DNA from: Bacillota bacterium
GTDB lineage: Bacteria > Bacillota > Dehalobacteriia > UBA4068 > UBA4997
DNA length: 64,000 nucleotides
NCBI GenBank assembly: GCA_021771915.1
Contig: JAETNY010000009.1
Span: forward strand, 40,038-104,037
Reading direction: 5' to 3'
Both the position numbers and the translations under genes were made by a program. The first letter of the stretch is position 1, and every line of letters begins with the position of its first letter. The notes under the pieces are model-generated. The model saw only the letters and a list, made by a program, of their open reading frames with translations. It was not told where the DNA came from and made no database searches. Of the stretch, positions 59,794 to 64,000 are shown piece by piece.

Positions 59794-62508
59794 ATGGGTT
59801 TTTTTAAAAATTTATTTGACAGCAACGCTAAGGAAATAAAAAAATATTCCCAGCTGGTTGACCGTATCAACGCACTGGAACCGCAAATGCAGGCCTTAAG
59901 CGATTATGACTTGCAGGCCAAAACGGCCGATTTTAAAAATCGCCTGACGCAGGGCGCCAGCATTAACGATTTTATGCTGGAAGCCTATGCCGTAGTGCGT
60001 GAAGCCAGCCGCCGCGTTTTGGGTATGCGCCATTTTGATGTGCAGCTGATTGGCGGCATGGCGCTGCATGACGGCCGTATTGCCGAGATGAAAACCGGCG
60101 AGGGCAAAACGCTGGTAGCCACCTGCCCGGTATATCTGAACGCCCTGACGGGCAAAGGCGTGCATGTGGTTACGGTTAATGAATACCTTTCCGCACGCGA
60201 TAGTCAGTGGATGGGCAAACTTTACAAATTTTTGGGACTTTCCGTGGGTCTTATTGGCTATGCCGTACCGCCGGCGGAAAAAATCCGTCAGTATAACGCC
60301 GATATTACTTTCGGCACCAACAATGAGTTTGGCTTCGATTACCTGCGCGACAATATGGCCGTGCGCCCCAGCAATCAGGTACAGCGAGAACTGCATTTTG
60401 CCATCATCGACGAAGTGGACAGCATTTTAATTGATGAGGCGCGCACGCCGCTTATCATCAGCGGTCAGGCAGAAAAACCTACCGAGCGTTATTATCAGAT
60501 GGCCAAAATTGCCGCCCGTATGCGCCGGGAACAGGATTTTACGATTGACGAAAAAGCACGCGTTATCATGCTGACGCCGGAGGGCGTGGCCAAGGCGGAA
60601 CAGCTGCTTGGCGTAACCAACCTTTATGATAACGCCAATACGGAAATCAACCATTTTGTACAACAGGCCTTAAAAGCCGAATTTCTGTTTAAGCGCGACC
60701 GCGATTACGTGGTTAAGGACGGTCAGGTGGTTATTGTCGACGAGTTCACCGGCCGCTTAATGGACGGCCGCCGTTACAGCGACGGTTTGCATCAGGCCAT
60801 TGAAGCCAAGGAAAATGTTATCGTTAAAAATGAGAGTCAAACGCTGGCCAGCATCACCCTGCAAAATTATTTCCGTATGTATCAGAAGATTGCCGGCATG
60901 ACCGGTACCGCCATGACCGAGGAGGACGAATTTAAGGCTATCTATGGCCTTGACGTGGTGGAAATTCCCACCAACAAGCCCATGCAGCGGCAGGATAAGC
61001 CGGATATTATCTACCGCACGGAAAAAGGCAAATTTGAAGCGGTGGTTGAGGATATTGCCGAGCGGCACGCCGCCGGCCAGCCGGTGCTGGTGGGTACGGT
61101 TTCGATTGAAAAATCCGAGGCTCTTAGCGCCCTACTGCGCAAAAAACAAATTCCGCATAATGTCTTAAATGCCAAATATCACGAAAAAGAGGCGGAAATC
61201 ATCGCCCAGGCCGGCAAATTCGGCGCGGTAACGATTGCCACCAACATGGCCGGCCGCGGTACTGATATTATGCTGGGCGGCAATCCGGAATTTATGCTGC
61301 GTCAGGAACAGATGAAAGACCCTGAACGCGAATGGACTTTAATGGAAGAACAACAGTATCTGGCGCGCTATGAAGCCGAGGTCAAAGCCGACCGGGAAAA
61401 GGTATTGCAGGCCGGCGGTCTGGCAATCATCGGCACCGAGCGGCATGAAAGCAGGCGTATTGACAACCAGCTGCGCGGCCGCGCCGGCCGTCAGGGCGAT
61501 ATTGGCCGCAGTCAGTTCTATATCGCCATTGAGGACGATTTGATGCGGCGCTTTGGCGGCGACGCCCTGCAAGGCATGATGGACAAAATCGGTATGGACG
61601 ATACCATGCCGATTGAGTTGAAAATGATTAGCAAATCACTGGAAAACGCCCAGAAAAAAGTGGAAGCACGCAACTTTGAAATCCGCAAAAGCGTGTTGGA
61701 ATATGACAACGTCATGAACCAGCAGCGCACGCTGATTTATAAACAGCGACAGGACGTGCTGCGCGGTGAAAATCTGCATGAACAGGTAAAATTCATGCTG
61801 CAATCCTCCGTTAAAAATATTGTGGAACGCTACAACAACGTCAGCGAATTTGTGGAGGAATGGGATTTGCCGGCCATGCTGCATGAATTGGAGGCCGTGC
61901 TGCCAAATATTCAGAACGAGCCAGGCTTGCAGGCCGAGGATTTGGCTAAATTGAGCAAAAACGAGGTCATTCCCCTGCTCACTCAAAAAGCGGAAGCCCA
62001 TTTGGAAGGCCGCGCCGAAGCCATGGGGCCGGAAATGCTCCAGCAGTTGGAGCGCCTGCTTATCCTGAAAGTGGTTGACGAGCATTGGATGGACCATATC
62101 GACGCGATGGACCAGCTGCGTCAGGGCATCGGTTTCCAGGCACTCGGCCAGCAGAACCCCATTACCGTTTATAAAAATGAAGCCTACACCATGTTTGAGG
62201 ATATGGTGGCCGATATTCAGCTGAATGTGTCCCGTCTGGTGCAGCGCGTGGAAAAAGTTGAAGCGCCCAAGGAAAAACAAAATCTGGTGGCCAGCCACGG
62301 CGGCGAGGGTGAAGGCGCTCCGGCAACCGGCGGCAAAGGCAATGCGGCTGGCAGCAGCAAAGCGCCCACGCCCAAGAAAATGCCGGTGCATGTGGGAGAA
62401 AAAATTGGCCGCAACGACCCTTGTCCCTGCGGCAGCGGCAAAAAATATAAAAACTGCTGCGGTAAGCCCGGCGCCAACACACCGAACAACGAGGAAAGCG
62501 AAGCTTAA
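59794..62508 (+). CDS. secA: Preprotein translocase ATPase SecA
   Basis: 904 aa; [17 protein letters not shown]; C-terminal zinc motif [14 protein letters not shown]. Confidence 0.97.
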   Translation: MGFFKNLFDSNAKEIKKYSQLVDRINALEPQMQALSDYDLQAKTADFKNRLTQGASINDFMLEAYAVVREASRRVLGMRHFDVQLIGGMALHDGRIAEMKTGEGKTLVATCPVYLNALTGKGVHVVTVNEYLSARDSQWMGKLYKFLGLSVGLIGYAVPPAEKIRQYNADITFGTNNEFGFDYLRDNMAVRPSNQVQRELHFAIIDEVDSILIDEARTPLIISGQAEKPTERYYQMAKIAARMRREQDFTIDEKARVIMLTPEGVAKAEQLLGVTNLYDNANTEINHFVQQALKAEFLFKRDRDYVVKDGQVVIVDEFTGRLMDGRRYSDGLHQAIEAKENVIVKNESQTLASITLQNYFRMYQKIAGMTGTAMTEEDEFKAIYGLDVVEIPTNKPMQRQDKPDIIYRTEKGKFEAVVEDIAERHAAGQPVLVGTVSIEKSEALSALLRKKQIPHNVLNAKYHEKEAEIIAQAGKFGAVTIATNMAGRGTDIMLGGNPEFMLRQEQMKDPEREWTLMEEQQYLARYEAEVKADREKVLQAGGLAIIGTERHESRRIDNQLRGRAGRQGDIGRSQFYIAIEDDLMRRFGGDALQGMMDKIGMDDTMPIELKMISKSLENAQKKVEARNFEIRKSVLEYDNVMNQQRTLIYKQRQDVLRGENLHEQVKFMLQSSVKNIVERYNNVSEFVEEWDLPAMLHELEAVLPNIQNEPGLQAEDLAKLSKNEVIPLLTQKAEAHLEGRAEAMGPEMLQQLERLLILKVVDEHWMDHIDAMDQLRQGIGFQALGQQNPITVYKNEAYTMFEDMVADIQLNVSRLVQRVEKVEAPKEKQNLVASHGGEGEGAPATGGKGNAAGSSKAPTPKKMPVHVGEKIGRNDPCPCGSGKKYKNCCGKPGANTPNNEESEA

Positions 62509-62544
62509 ATAAATATACCATATTAAAGATAAGAGGTGAAAATA

Positions 62545-63642
62545 ATGCTTAGTGATTGGAAAGCACCGCTTGAAAAGGCGCTGACTAAGCTGCATGAGCT
62601 ACAAAAAGCTCTGGATATGACATGAAAGGAACAGGAGGCCGCACGGCTGGAAGAAGCAGCGGCCGCCCCCGACTTTTGGAATAATCAGGAAGCCGCCCAG
62701 AGTCTGCTGCAAAAGCTGACCCAACTTAAGGCGGATATCAGCAACTATCAAACGCTGGCCAGCCAGCAGGAGGATTTGCAAACCCTTTGGGAGTTGGCCT
62801 GTGAGGAACAGGACGACAATTTGGAGCCGGAAATTGAACAAGGCTGCCATGCGCTGCAAAAGGCCTTGGATAAGCTGGAAATACAGGTTTTGTTCAGCGG
62901 CCCTTATGACGACCATGATTGCATTTTGACCCTGCATGCCGGCGCCGGCGGCACCGAAGCCCAGGACTGGGCGGATATGTTATACCGTATGTATAGCCGT
63001 TTTTGTGAAAAGAACGGTTTTCGCTGTGAGGTTATGGATTTTCTGGACGGTGAAGAAGCCGGCTTGAAAAGTATTACGCTGGCGATTGAGGGCGCGCATG
63101 CTTACGGTCATTTTCGCGCGGAAAAGGGCGTGCACCGGCTGGTGCGTATCTCGCCTTTTGACGCTTCTGCGCGCCGCCATACCTCCTTTGCTTCGGTTGA
63201 TGTTATGCCCCAGGTACAGGAGGATAATGAGGTGGAAATTAACCCGGACGAACTGAAAATTGATACCTACCGCAGCGGCGGCGCCGGCGGTCAGCATGTT
63301 AACAAGACGGACTCTGCCGTGCGCATTACCCACCTGCCGACCGGCATTGTGGTGCAATGCCAGGACGAGCGCTCACAGTTTAACAACAAAGACCGCGCCA
63401 TGAAGCTTTTAAAAGCGCGCCTGCTGGAAGAAAAAGTTAAACAGCGCGAACAGGAACTGGCTGAACTACGCGGTGAACATGCGGAAATTGGCTGGGGCAG
63501 CCAGATACGTTCCTATGTTTTCCAGCCTTACCGTCTGGTTAAGGACCACCGCACCAATGTGGAATCCGGCAATGTGGACGCCGTGATGGACGGCGATTTA
63601 CTGCCCTTTATCAGCGGTTATCTGAAACAGTTTAAGGGCTAA
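62545..63642 (+). CDS. prfB: Peptide chain release factor 2, carrying an in-frame TGA at 62623..62625 (codon 27) with no frame change
   Basis: N-terminus MLSDWKAPLEKALTKLHELQKALDMT-[TGA]-KEQEAARLEEAAAAPDFWNNQEAAQ.. is RF2-like on both sides in the same frame. GGQ motif (RSGGAGGQHVNK) and SPF motif (RISPFD) are present. The total length of about 366 codons matches RF2. Confidence 0.8.
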
Positions 63643-63690
63643 AACCATATATACGCACTGCCAATAAATATCATATGGAGGTAAAATGAA

Positions 63691-64000
63691 GTGGATACTT
63701 TAGAATTGCAAGCCAAAGCCAAGGAATTACGGCAGGAAATCATCAAAATGATTACAGCGGCCGGCAGCGGCCACCCAGGCGGCTCACTTTCCGCCGCAGA
63801 CATTTTGACTGTGCTTTACTTCGACAAAATGAACCTGCGCCCAGAGGAACCTGATTGGACCGGACGCGACTATTTTGTACTCTCCAAAGGGCATGCCGCG
63901 CCGGCGCAGTATGCGGCGCTGGCTTTGCGCGGCTATTTCCCGGTGGAGGAGTTGAACGGGCTGCGCAAGCTGCACAGCCGACTGCAAGGTCACCCCGTAA
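63691..64000 (+). CDS. Transketolase N-terminal subunit (partial; runs off the window)
   Basis: GGAGG Shine-Dalgarno then GTG. The protein reads ..ITAAGSGHPGGSLSAADILTVLYF..LSKGHAAPAQYA.. Confidence 0.75.
   Translation, partial: MDTLELQAKAKELRQEIIKMITAAGSGHPGGSLSAADILTVLYFDKMNLRPEEPDWTGRDYFVLSKGHAAPAQYAALALRGYFPVEELNGLRKLHSRLQGHPV

Noticed and set aside
62623-62700. Selenocysteine decoding of the prfB in-frame UGA
   Set aside because: There is no SECIS-like hairpin at the required distance downstream, and RF2 is not a selenoprotein.

Overview
This 64-kb window looks like a chromosomal segment from a roughly 55-58% GC Firmicute of the class Clostridia, possibly an Oscillospiraceae-like gut anaerobe. 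That taxonomy is inferred from gene content and codon style, not from any search. The housekeeping backbone is the malic enzyme, NadE, gyrB-gyrA, an ECF sigma/anti-sigma pair, tRNA-Leu, FolD, PepF, two cold-shock proteins, UvrB, MntP, CysK, GlmS, SecA, RF2 and transketolase. Several accessory features interrupt it.

1. An AT-rich restriction-modification cassette sits directly 3' of nadE. It has two m5C DNA methyltransferases flanking an uncharacterised PD-(D/E)xK (DUF3883-like) nuclease, which suggests a type IIS-like system recognising an asymmetric site.
2. Two inverted paralogous SLH-anchored surface-protein genes lie about 50 kb apart. They share promoter, a roughly 350-nt 5' leader with a conserved intrinsic-terminator hairpin (one compensatory base-pair change), signal peptide, C-terminal Big_2/Listeria-Bacteroides-repeat/SLH module and 3' terminator. 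Their central passenger domains are unrelated, and one carries an AT-rich BspA-type LRR block.
3. A BlaI/BlaR1-like repressor and membrane-protease pair has an undescribed extracellular repeat domain in place of the penicillin-binding sensor.
4. A c-di-GMP phosphorelay cluster encodes a REC-HD-GYP-GGDEF protein, an Hpt protein and a hybrid kinase.
5. A SUFU-domain immunity-like gene lies next to tRNA-Leu.
6. A promoter-proximal leader with tandem 49-nt repeats and a terminator precedes a symporter operon, divergent from cysK.
7. The prfB gene carries an in-frame TGA exactly where the autoregulatory +1 frameshift normally occurs, with no frame change.
8. uvrB is translationally coupled to a Cys-rich Gp37/Gp68 (DUF5131)-like gene instead of uvrA.

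Every call rests on reading the sequence and ORF translations by eye. No database search was possible.
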